From: a virus
DNA length: 64,000 nt
Virus record (IMG/VR): IMGVR_UViG_3300012642_000011
Span: 352,001 to 416,000 of that record
Reading direction: 5' to 3' (one strand)
The position numbers were made by a program, and so were the translations under genes. Under the pieces are notes generated by a model. It searched no databases. It worked only from the letters and a program-made list of their open reading frames with translations, and was not told the origin of the DNA. Numbering within the stretch: position 1 is the first letter of the stretch; each line of letters begins with the position of its first letter. Shown piece by piece: positions 9,191 to 17,643 of this stretch.

Positions 9191-10654
9191 TTATCCATCC
9201 AAGATGTCAAGTCCGACCTTTCTAGCCGCTATAGTGATGAATCTTTTTCCATCCGCTTGCTTCAGATCCTCTTTGGATAAGCCGTGAAGAGACATCGCTG
9301 TTGACTTTGCTTCCTTGCTTGCATCAAGTTTCTGAATCTGCATTACTGCGTCCTTCTTCTCCTTGATGTGACTGAACTGTTGAGCGATCTCATAGCCTTT
9401 CAACTGCTCTGACAAGCCTTCAGTGAATGCCTTGTTCAGCATCTTCTTCCTCCTCTCAATCTCTTCAGCGTCATCCTTGGGATCAAGACCATTGGTTATA
9501 GTGTGGTTTGACTTCATCCATGATGAATCACCCTTCTTCAACGCTTCAAAGACTTCATACTGACTTGGATTCTCTTCACGCATAGCATTTCTGATGTCAA
9601 CGGGGGAGAAGTTTGTTCTCACCTTGTGCAAAGCAAGATAATCTTCCTGTTTGATCTTGATTTGCTTCTGTGTAGTAGGGTCATCAGTGATGATTCTGAC
9701 AATGATTCCTTCTGCGTTCTGCCTTGGAGGCAAAGCAAGAGCCTCATTGAGAGTGTTTGCCTTCATTGGAGACGTTCTGTTAAGACCTTTGTCTGCACTC
9801 CACACATCATTATAATCATCAAGAGGAACATACAATCCACTCTTCTTCTGGGTGATGCCGATAAGTCTTATATCTCGCTTATCGTATTTCAAAACAATCC
9901 TATTAGTAGGGCTGACGCCTTCGAAAATAAATGTGTTCTGAGAATGATTGTCAAGAAGATCGTTCATCGTATTGTACATGTTCTCATTCTCTTGAATATG
10001 CTTATTAAACTCTTTAGGCATGTCAAAGGAACCCTTGGTTGCCACTGCTGGCTGACCATCAGGGTCTCTGTAGAGAACAAGCATGGAACCATCAAGTTTA
10101 TCTGTGACTTCAGCCTTAGCATTGAAATCAATAGTGCCCAACTGATCGTCATCGACAGACTCTGTGCCTTCTTCATCATCTCCCAAATGCCAACCCGACT
10201 CCATCTGACTCAATGTATAGAACTTTTCCCATGGCCTCTGGACGACAACTGCGTCAGCAAAGTCATCTCTTGAAGACTGAACTATCAATCCTCTAGCCTG
10301 CCTAGTGATGTTGTTCCACTTGCCTTCCATCTGTGCTCGGGGTGCATAGCAGAGAATCCTCAAAGTATCATCCTTGGGGTGCTGCGGTGAACGGAGATAC
10401 TTATTCTTGATCAAAGGCTGAATCTGGGTAATATCCATGATGGAATCAAGTGAAACTTTCTTATCAGATTTCTTCAATGGTGTGCTCAAAGTCTGATTCA
10501 TTTCCTCATAAGCGGCTCTTGCTTCTGACTCATTACTGAAATGTTCTGAGTCCTTCTGATGTGGGCATGAGCCTACACTTGCAGTACACAATGTGACTTC
10601 ACCTGTTTTCACATTCAATGCATATTTTTTATTTGATGCCATTTTGCAATCCAC
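9191..10654 (-). CDS. ATP-dependent RNA/DNA ligase-like nucleotidyltransferase (Rnl1-like?)
   Basis: KxDG motif-I candidate in EVTDKLDGSMLVLYRD. The size (487 aa) and the phage-like neighbourhood are consistent with an RNA ligase. The call rests on one motif. Confidence 0.4.
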   Translation of the reverse strand: MDCKMASNKKYALNVKTGEVTLCTASVGSCPHQKDSEHFSNESEARAAYEEMNQTLSTPLKKSDKKVSLDSIMDITQIQPLIKNKYLRSPQHPKDDTLRILCYAPRAQMEGKWNNITRQARGLIVQSSRDDFADAVVVQRPWEKFYTLSQMESGWHLGDDEEGTESVDDDQLGTIDFNAKAEVTDKLDGSMLVLYRDPDGQPAVATKGSFDMPKEFNKHIQENENMYNTMNDLLDNHSQNTFIFEGVSPTNRIVLKYDKRDIRLIGITQKKSGLYVPLDDYNDVWSADKGLNRTSPMKANTLNEALALPPRQNAEGIIVRIITDDPTTQKQIKIKQEDYLALHKVRTNFSPVDIRNAMREENPSQYEVFEALKKGDSSWMKSNHTITNGLDPKDDAEEIERRKKMLNKAFTEGLSEQLKGYEIAQQFSHIKEKKDAVMQIQKLDASKEAKSTAMSLHGLSKEDLKQADGKRFITIAARKVGLDILDG

Positions 10655-10732
10655 TCCCTTGAAATAGGTTAAATGATATCTTCTTCTCTAAAGAGGCAAT
10701 TCTATCACAGAGCATGCCATTTTGCAAAGAAT

Positions 10733-10772
10733 GTCCACAAAGAAAACAGGCCAGAACGTATGCTCTGGCCTG
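10733..10772 (-). terminator. Rho-independent terminator after the BI-1 gene
   Basis: 9-bp stem caggccaga / tctggcctg with an 8-nt loop, followed on the minus strand by TTTTCTTTGT. Confidence 0.45.
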
Positions 10773-10799
10773 TAACGTGAACTGAATCAATTAGTCTTA

Positions 10800-11501
10800 T
10801 CAGTCTTTGGAAAGGAACCCCAAGATTTGCAGTAGACTGATGAAGATGTTGTAAATGTCAAGGAATATGTTCAAAGCGTAGATAGATGCCTTGTCTCCAA
10901 ATGCCCTTGTCTTCACAGCCTGCAAATCATATATGATGTAAAGGGAAAAGATGATCAAGACTCCAATGGAGATGACAAAGGAGATCATTGCTGACTTCAG
11001 AAGGAAGATATTCAGCAAGGAGAAAGCGATCAATCCAAGTACGATGGCAAAGAGATACTTGCCCATGGACATGAAGTTCTTCTTACTGGTCCATCCAATA
11101 GCAGCCATAATGCAGAAGATCATAGCAGTTCCAAGAAGAGCATTGATGACGACTGAACCCATACCTGCGCTAGTATACTGCGCTACTACAGCATAGATCA
11201 CAGGACCGAGTGCAGCAGGAACCACGATAGCGAAGAAATCAGCAAATTTGTATAAAAGGTTCCTTACAAATGAGGCAACCAGCAAGCCTACAAGCACAGC
11301 AATAGAGATGGGGAGCACCATTGCAGGTGGGACGAGTGGGCCAATGAAAAGGGCAGAAAGACCACAGATCACCAAAGTGGCCGCTGTCCATGTCAGGACA
11401 CTACGATAGAATTTCTGATTATTGTCAACTTCAGTGTCAGGATATCCCTGACTCATCTGATAGCCGTTCAAGGAAGATCCCTGATAAGTTTTTTGGTCCA
11501 T
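10800..11501 (-). CDS. Bax inhibitor-1 / YccA family membrane protein
   Basis: Seven predicted TM helices. The C-terminal region GDKASIYALNIFLDIYNIFISLLQIL is typical of the BI-1/YccA family. Confidence 0.65.
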   Translation of the reverse strand: MDQKTYQGSSLNGYQMSQGYPDTEVDNNQKFYRSVLTWTAATLVICGLSALFIGPLVPPAMVLPISIAVLVGLLVASFVRNLLYKFADFFAIVVPAALGPVIYAVVAQYTSAGMGSVVINALLGTAMIFCIMAAIGWTSKKNFMSMGKYLFAIVLGLIAFSLLNIFLLKSAMISFVISIGVLIIFSLYIIYDLQAVKTRAFGDKASIYALNIFLDIYNIFISLLQILGFLSKD

Positions 11502-11568
11502 GTGTTATTCCTCCGTTAGAAGTTTTCTTAACTATATTATCACAATAAGCAACGCAACTGATCATGCT

Positions 11569-12231
11569 TCAACTTGTGATCGAAGGGGGATTTGGTATGG
11601 AAATTTCAGAGTATTCCATTTCTTCAAACATCTGGTCTGCTGTGATCACTCTGCCTATAATGACAGGTATATTTTTGTCTTTCTTGTCTCTAGGGGATAA
11701 CGCCAGAATCTGTTGAAAAAATTCCCTTTTATCATACTTTTGAATAGAATTATTATCTTGTACTACTTCATCATCATAGAGGTCACGGACACTATAGTTG
11801 TCTTCTGCCACTGGTCCGATAGATGCAGCAATTCTTTGTAGAACGTTAATGACTGCTTGATCATTTTGGGCATCCATAAAAGATACTACTTCATGAAGAG
11901 ATACATCGTGGTCTCCTGTTTGATGAGTGTTGACGTAATCCCTGATGTCAGACATTTTATTATTATCATATTTTTTCAGGGTTTTCTTATCATTCTTCAC
12001 TCTAGTCGGATGGTAACTTGTATCAATAGAGGATTCCACATACATTAAATGATTTCCTGACACTTTTAGAGTATCCCCATTATCATTTTCTATCTCATAC
12101 ATTTTCTCTGGAATGTGATGATCGTATCCTTTCACCACTGTTACCAATTCACCATTAGGTCCGGGGATTTTATCCCCTTCTCTCAATTCACCTAAAGTTA
12201 CTTCTTCAAATCTTCCCATTATATACCTCAT
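11569..12231 (-). CDS. Hypothetical protein (220 aa), N-terminus weakly Hint/intein-like
   Basis: TLGELREGDKI ... TLKVSGNHLMYV resembles intein blocks A and B (TxxH-like SGNH). No C-terminal HN block. Weak. Confidence 0.3.
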   Translation of the reverse strand: MRYIMGRFEEVTLGELREGDKIPGPNGELVTVVKGYDHHIPEKMYEIENDNGDTLKVSGNHLMYVESSIDTSYHPTRVKNDKKTLKKYDNNKMSDIRDYVNTHQTGDHDVSLHEVVSFMDAQNDQAVINVLQRIAASIGPVAEDNYSVRDLYDDEVVQDNNSIQKYDKREFFQQILALSPRDKKDKNIPVIIGRVITADQMFEEMEYSEISIPNPPSITS

Positions 12232-13073
12232 TCCATTTCTATGATCATATCATCCAGAGTGGTCAAATACTTCTTATATGCCTCAAGTTTTTTCTTTTTC
12301 AGGTTGTTGACTTCCATGCCATATTCATTGATTTCTCGTGTGTTTGTCGAATGCAGAATCACATTGTGTTTTTTACTCTTAGAGTAACCTACACCTATCC
12401 AATCTTTTTTAGGCGTTCCAGATTCCACATATCTTTGAGGATAGAGAGAAGACATGGCATATGTGTTGGTATCACCTATGGCAGCAAACATATCGAATTT
12501 TTTAATGAGATCGTCTGGCATAGCAGTCACATCTTCAATAGCAAAGAATGGGTACACGTTCTTGTTGGGAGAAGTGATCAACACATGAATGGCTTTTGAT
12601 TCTGATGATGTCAACTTTCTATCCGCCAAAATAAAGAAAGGGATATAGAATCTCCTTGTAGAATCATAATAACCATAATTGGATTCATGAATTCTCTGTC
12701 TGTACTTTTGTATTCTTGTGACTTCTTTTTCAACACTGTGGGCATACTTGAAATTGATTGCTTTGCTATGTTCTCTGATGTTGTTCTTGAACTCATCTTT
12801 CTTGTTTTCAGAGAAATCAATGATTTCAAAGTACATGGAGTCTTGATGTGTCCTAGAATGATTTTTCACTCTTTGTAGAATATGATCAATTTCATCTTGG
12901 GTGTTGTATCCTATGAGCACACTTCTAGCATCCGTGGGTGACCACCTGAATGGACTCATCCTTGACCTATATAGAGTGAACTTCACGTCAGAGTGATTGA
13001 AATAGAAACCATTCTCAAACGCTTCATCTAACGGATCGTTTTCTACTTTTGACTTACCACGGTAACGTGCCAT
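12228..13073 (-). CDS. Hypothetical protein (281 aa)
   Basis: Intact ORF. Its ATG is in the same frame as the upstream ORF, separated only by a TGA at 13086..13088. Confidence 0.35.
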   Translation of the reverse strand: MARYRGKSKVENDPLDEAFENGFYFNHSDVKFTLYRSRMSPFRWSPTDARSVLIGYNTQDEIDHILQRVKNHSRTHQDSMYFEIIDFSENKKDEFKNNIREHSKAINFKYAHSVEKEVTRIQKYRQRIHESNYGYYDSTRRFYIPFFILADRKLTSSESKAIHVLITSPNKNVYPFFAIEDVTAMPDDLIKKFDMFAAIGDTNTYAMSSLYPQRYVESGTPKKDWIGVGYSKSKKHNVILHSTNTREINEYGMEVNNLKKKKLEAYKKYLTTLDDMIIEME

Positions 13074-13085
13074 AGACTGTTTCTC

Positions 13086-14096
13086 TCAATCTTCGACATA
13101 TCTCAAGACTTTGGTGTTGATGTCCTCTGCCTTGCCACCACCAGTACCACCTGCAATGAGTACCATGGGTGCTACAACGATTTCTCCACCTAATTTAACA
13201 CCATGTTTCTTGGCAAGGGAGACTTGCTCTCCTGCAAGATCAAATCCAAGAACATTCTCCTTTTCCCCTGTCTCTGGATCAACGAGTTCTACACCATTTT
13301 CAACGCCAAGAGCAATAGGGAAAAAGCTCCATGCAATTCTTTCATCCAGCACATACTTCTCACTCCATGGTGCTTTCATAGGCAATGGTGGCACAGCCTT
13401 GATAGTGTACTCTCCATTCTCTCCATCCCAACCAGGATTACCATTATCTTGAGTATTGTGCGTCACAAATGTGGTTTCTGATCCAAACACTTGATTGAAT
13501 TGTCTCAAGAACCCATCTTCAGCATTTTGGTCAAGTGTAGGTGGGATATAAAACTTTACTTCTTGGGGGTAAACAAGATCTCTCCATTCTTTTACTTCAA
13601 CAACAGCATTGGGGTTTTCAGCATACTCTCTTGAGATGCTCAATTTGGCAGCAGCAATTTCAAACATCTTCCCAATCTTATTGCTCCTAACATCAACTAC
13701 GCTCTTGGCACGATTCATAGCGTAGAATACCGCTATGAGAAACACACAGAATGCTGCTACGTATCCAAGAGCTTGATTCATAATTTCGCTTGAGAATGTT
13801 GAGTAAACCATCAGGATCATTCCTAGTATGTAGATTATTAAAGCGATCTGTCTATTTTGAAGTGATCCTAAAGTTGACTTACCAAAAGTGGCTACTCTCT
13901 TATCTTTGAAGGCAAAGGAAAGCCTTGGTCCCCATTTATTAGACCAGATAGGTTTAGGGATCTTTTTAGCCTTATTCTTCCTTGCCTTCTCCATAGCAGG
14001 CTTCACTCTCATTTCAGTATGCAATACAGCCATCAATCTAAAAAGAATAGGGTATACAAACAAGTATACGCATATCACTATAATTGCATTCGTCAT
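13086..14096 (-). CDS. FtsK/TcpA-like membrane protein truncated just after the P-loop (possible remnant)
   Basis: N-terminal TM helices. The C-terminal stretch FPIALGVENG ... APMVLIAGGTGGGKAEDINTKVLRYVED is collinear with the FtsK LPIALGKDI ... PHLLVAGTTGSGKS region. It stops 18 aa after the Walker A, and no Walker B follows in any frame. Confidence 0.4.
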   Translation of the reverse strand: MTNAIIVICVYLFVYPILFRLMAVLHTEMRVKPAMEKARKNKAKKIPKPIWSNKWGPRLSFAFKDKRVATFGKSTLGSLQNRQIALIIYILGMILMVYSTFSSEIMNQALGYVAAFCVFLIAVFYAMNRAKSVVDVRSNKIGKMFEIAAAKLSISREYAENPNAVVEVKEWRDLVYPQEVKFYIPPTLDQNAEDGFLRQFNQVFGSETTFVTHNTQDNGNPGWDGENGEYTIKAVPPLPMKAPWSEKYVLDERIAWSFFPIALGVENGVELVDPETGEKENVLGFDLAGEQVSLAKKHGVKLGGEIVVAPMVLIAGGTGGGKAEDINTKVLRYVED

Positions 14097-14111
14097 TTTT
14101 ACTCCTTATAA

Positions 14112-14837
14112 TCAATTCAATGATGAAGCCAAATCCTTGACAAAATCTACACTACTGTTCTTTGGTGTAAGGATCAGGAATCCAGATGAATTCTTTTCTC
14201 CCGTTGCTACCACAGTTCTGTTTTCACCTTTAAACGAAATATCACTTAAAGCCACGATTCTTCCCTTAACACCCTCAACCTGCTTGAATGCAGAAGGAGA
14301 ATTGAAGAAAAGAGAACCGGCAATGTCCTTGAAATAGTATACATCAATCTTTTCTCCCTTAAATTCCCCTTGTGCAACTAAACAGAAACTTTGGGGATCT
14401 GCAATTTGGCATGTATCGCTTTGAGCAGATGTAAGAGAAGCGTTCTTGAGAGCAAGACTGTTACCGTCTGATGCTGAAATAGTATTTTTGGATACTTTGA
14501 TGTTAACATGACCATATTTAACAGGATCAGGTTTCCCCATAGCCTCAAACATAGGCATGGAAAAGCTTTTATCATTTGATGATTTATTATTCAACGATAC
14601 CGGAGAAAGAAAAGAAAGAAGCACCAGATATGTCAGAATGGACACTGCCGCCAATGATGCCACGATAGCAACTGTGATCTTGAACCATTTTTGATGTGTC
14701 AATCTGTTCTGCTCAATATAGTTCTTGTTGTACACACTGACATCATATTCAATCTTTTCATCTCCATCCAAGAAGAATACGCTCTCGTTGTCTTTACCTT
14801 CTTCCTCTATGGCATCATTATCATATGTTGAACTCAT
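14112..14837 (-). CDS. Membrane-anchored protein (acidic N-terminus, one TM, extracellular domain)
   Basis: TM segment ITVAIVASLAAVSILTYLVLLSFL. No recognisable catalytic motif. Confidence 0.4.
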   Translation of the reverse strand: MSSTYDNDAIEEEGKDNESVFFLDGDEKIEYDVSVYNKNYIEQNRLTHQKWFKITVAIVASLAAVSILTYLVLLSFLSPVSLNNKSSNDKSFSMPMFEAMGKPDPVKYGHVNIKVSKNTISASDGNSLALKNASLTSAQSDTCQIADPQSFCLVAQGEFKGEKIDVYYFKDIAGSLFFNSPSAFKQVEGVKGRIVALSDISFKGENRTVVATGEKNSSGFLILTPKNSSVDFVKDLASSLN

Positions 14838-14967
14838 AACGTCCTCTTTTTAAAGTCTGCAGTATAATGGATCATCAATATGATCCCGAGAATGATCACG
14901 AACACAGTTGTGCCCTGATGATAACTCACTATCTTTTATATCAGACGTATAAATATACACATTGAAA

Positions 14968-14994
14968 GAGGGCCTGCCTTATTGGCAGACCCTC
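14968..14994 (-). terminator. Candidate terminator hairpin after the ssb-like gene
   Basis: Imperfect 10-bp stem agggcctgcc / ggcagaccct with one mismatch. The downstream tract is T-rich but not a clean run. Confidence 0.3.
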
Positions 14995-15028
14995 AAGGGA
15001 GTGATCAGAATGAAATTACTTTTTAATC

Positions 15029-15595
15029 TCAGAAGTCACTGAATTCATCATCATCAAAATCGTCAATATCATCGACAGGTTCTGACTTCTTAGCAGAAGT
15101 CGTCTTCTTTGAAGATGACGTTGAGGAAGATGAAGAACTTCTAGAACTAGAACCGCTATCGCCCCTCTTCTTCAGCATCTTCTCAAGACTCTCTTCTGCC
15201 TTAGTGCGCTTCTCCTCATCAGAGTACTGCATAGCATCCCACATGATATCAGGTCCACCATTAAGAACTGTGTATCGCTCGTAAACAGTCTCAGGACGGT
15301 CATTGGAATCAAGGATAACCTCGCCGTTCTTATCCTTCTTAGGCTCCAAATCTCTGCTCAATGAGAAGTATACCTTCATGCCTGGAACAAGTGTCTTTTC
15401 AAGAGCCTCAGCACGACTTCTCCATGCTGTACAGTTGTAGAACTTAGTGGCTTTAACATTCCACTCATTCTCTCCAACCTTCTCCCTATACTCTTCAACT
15501 ACGAGGAAGTTAAGAACGCTCTGGTTGTCCTTTCCAACCTTACGCATTTCCTCGATCTTGATAACGCTTCCCTCAACGTGAACTGGATCTTTCAT
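15029..15595 (-). CDS. ssb: Single-stranded DNA-binding protein-like (OB fold plus acidic tip)
   Basis: An OB-fold-like N-terminal half, an S-rich linker, and a C-terminal DDIDDFDDDEFSDF that resembles the canonical SSB DDDIPF tip. Strong RBS AAGGATGG. Confidence 0.5.
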   Translation of the reverse strand: MKDPVHVEGSVIKIEEMRKVGKDNQSVLNFLVVEEYREKVGENEWNVKATKFYNCTAWRSRAEALEKTLVPGMKVYFSLSRDLEPKKDKNGEVILDSNDRPETVYERYTVLNGGPDIMWDAMQYSDEEKRTKAEESLEKMLKKRGDSGSSSRSSSSSSTSSSKKTTSAKKSEPVDDIDDFDDDEFSDF

Positions 15596-15734
15596 GATTA
15601 TACCATCCTTTTTGTTACTCGCCTATTCGGCTATTTATGCGGGCTTCAGTTTACGAAGTCTGCCTCCTCACCCCTGTGGTGTGGACTATTTATATTCTAA
15701 CAAACACACTTCTATAAAACTCATCCTTGAAAAG

Positions 15735-15784
15735 AAACTTTAAAAACTTATATTTACAAAGAGAATTGGGGAAGGCAGTTCACC
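15735..15784 (-). terminator. Rho-independent terminator after ORF 15808..17514
   Basis: 12-bp perfect stem aattggggaagg / ccttccccaatt with a 7-nt loop, followed by CTCTTTGTAAATAT on the minus strand. The 212-bp intergenic region also holds the ssb promoter. Confidence 0.5.
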
Positions 15785-15807
15785 TTCCCCAATTCAGCAA
15801 ACAATGA

Positions 15808-17514
15808 TCACTGATTTTCTTTGATTACATCATCCACACTTCTCCAAGATTCAGGAATTGTCACATCGCTTGGAATGCTAGGTGCCTTAGGCTCCTTTGG
15901 ACGAGACTGTGTGAGGATACTTGGCTTCTCAGGAAGTTCTGTGCAGTCCTCTGGCCTGTCAGGAATGTCCTCAGCAATGATCTTCTTCTGTTCATCACTC
16001 AACTTATCAGGATCAAAGACTCTCTCTTTCCTTGTCTCCCCATCTTCCTCGATTTCCTTTTCCACAGTGGCAGAATTAATGATAGCATCCTGCTGAGCAT
16101 ACTTCTCGCCCCACTTTTCCTCCCACTCTGAAACCTTATCCTGCTGATCAACACACTTCTTCAATGCGGCGTCATAGCGATCAGATGCTGCCGCCTGCCT
16201 GTCATCAAAAGTGAACCAGTCCTCGTATCTGGAAATATACTCATTCCACGCGCCTTCAATCTTAGCGCGCTCAGTATTCAGATAATTCCACTTATCGTGA
16301 ACATTGTTGACCTTAGTAGAATATGTATTCCATGAATTAATAGCAGGTGTTAACTGCTCAATCTTATCTCTCCACGCCTTCTGATCATCTACATACTTCT
16401 GTGCAGTACGATCAACTTCAGACTGAACCTTTTGCTTCTCAGCATCAGCCTTCTGAGAGAGGGCAGGACGATCATAATTCAAAGCGTGCTGAGCACTCCA
16501 CTCCCAACCACAACCGGGACCATTGTCATCAGGAATCTCAAAGGAAGCGTACTGATCAAAGTCATCTGCCTTCTGGACAGGAATAGCAGCAGGAACCTCA
16601 GGCTTCTTCACTTCCTTATCAGGCATCTTTGGATAACTTGAAGGGATAGGAGACTCAGGCTGAGAAATATCCTTATCCTTAATCGATGTCAACTTGACTT
16701 CCTTGGGCTTAGGAACATCATTCACAGGAACGCTTGTAGACATCCTAGCCTTATCAAAGAGACCCTTATACTTGTCCTCTCCATAGAACGGAGAACGCGA
16801 ACTTGCTCCCTGAACCACGCTAAGATCACGACACTGAGTATCCTTCAAAGTAGAGAACATCTTCTCTTCATAGAACTTTACAGCACCGTCTCTTACCTTG
16901 CTGTCCTTGAACCCAAAGCCACCTACCATACCATCACCCATTGTGATGAGGAACCCATCGTCAAAAATAATAGCCTTACCATTACTGGTCTTGACTTCCT
17001 TGACATTGGAGCACGATTCAAGCATATTCTTATAAGCGTAGAACTGATCTGCAGCCTGACCGGCACCATATGCCTGCACATGAACGCTCATGGAATCACT
17101 GCCCGCTTTAAACGTTGAAGTCACAGTGGCAGGAACTTCCTTCATCTCAGAACATATAGAGGGATCAATAGGATGCTGAGGGGAGGAATTATCCTGAACA
17201 TTCCACTTATCATCCTTGGGTATGACAGATGGCCTCTGATTAGCAAGTGATCTAGCCCAATCCTTTGAAATGGAACTTACTTGAGAAACCTCAATATAAG
17301 GAGATTCCTTCTTCACAGGAGAAACAATGCTGTTGTAATTGTTAACATTCATGACAACACTGCCGCCGATTGCCAACGCGCCTGCAGCAGCAAGGGCCAC
17401 AAGACTGCCTGCTACAGCAGTATCAGAAATAGGATACTTCTTTCTTGTCCTTTTCTGTCCTGATGCAGCCTTGTTATCGGGATGGTTGTCATTCATCTGC
17501 TCTGGTGACGCCAT
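15808..17514 (-). CDS. Membrane-anchored extracellular protein (568 aa)
   Basis: N-terminal basic segment plus a TM (VAGSLVALAAAGALAIGGSVV), then a large extracytoplasmic domain. Confidence 0.45.
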   Translation of the reverse strand: MASPEQMNDNHPDNKAASGQKRTRKKYPISDTAVAGSLVALAAAGALAIGGSVVMNVNNYNSIVSPVKKESPYIEVSQVSSISKDWARSLANQRPSVIPKDDKWNVQDNSSPQHPIDPSICSEMKEVPATVTSTFKAGSDSMSVHVQAYGAGQAADQFYAYKNMLESCSNVKEVKTSNGKAIIFDDGFLITMGDGMVGGFGFKDSKVRDGAVKFYEEKMFSTLKDTQCRDLSVVQGASSRSPFYGEDKYKGLFDKARMSTSVPVNDVPKPKEVKLTSIKDKDISQPESPIPSSYPKMPDKEVKKPEVPAAIPVQKADDFDQYASFEIPDDNGPGCGWEWSAQHALNYDRPALSQKADAEKQKVQSEVDRTAQKYVDDQKAWRDKIEQLTPAINSWNTYSTKVNNVHDKWNYLNTERAKIEGAWNEYISRYEDWFTFDDRQAAASDRYDAALKKCVDQQDKVSEWEEKWGEKYAQQDAIINSATVEKEIEEDGETRKERVFDPDKLSDEQKKIIAEDIPDRPEDCTELPEKPSILTQSRPKEPKAPSIPSDVTIPESWRSVDDVIKENQ

Positions 17515-17643
17515 GTTGTCCTCTCGATTCCTTCAGATCTATAGCTATATCGATCATTCTGTAACAATCATACCAAAATTTCAACCCAAAGACAAATGGG
17601 CCGGATGTTTAACACCCAGCCCATTTTATCAGAGAACATCAGA

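Noticed and set aside
11569-12231. Free-standing intein/Hint domain
   Set aside because: Only block A/B-like similarity at the N-terminus. No C-terminal HN(S/C/T) block and no extein context, so it remains a low-confidence note in the feature list.
13086-13088. In-frame TGA as evidence of an alternative genetic code
   Set aside because: ORFs of 1105, 1397 and 1927 codons read through with the standard code, and no other gene looks split. One in three adjacent ORF pairs share a frame by chance.
15596-15700. Sigma-70 promoter upstream of the ssb-like gene (TTGTTA ... TAGAAT-like hexamers)
   Set aside because: Spacing and hexamer quality are ambiguous, and the element encodes its own sigma factors, so host consensus matching is unreliable. 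Only the RBS AAGGATGG is clear.
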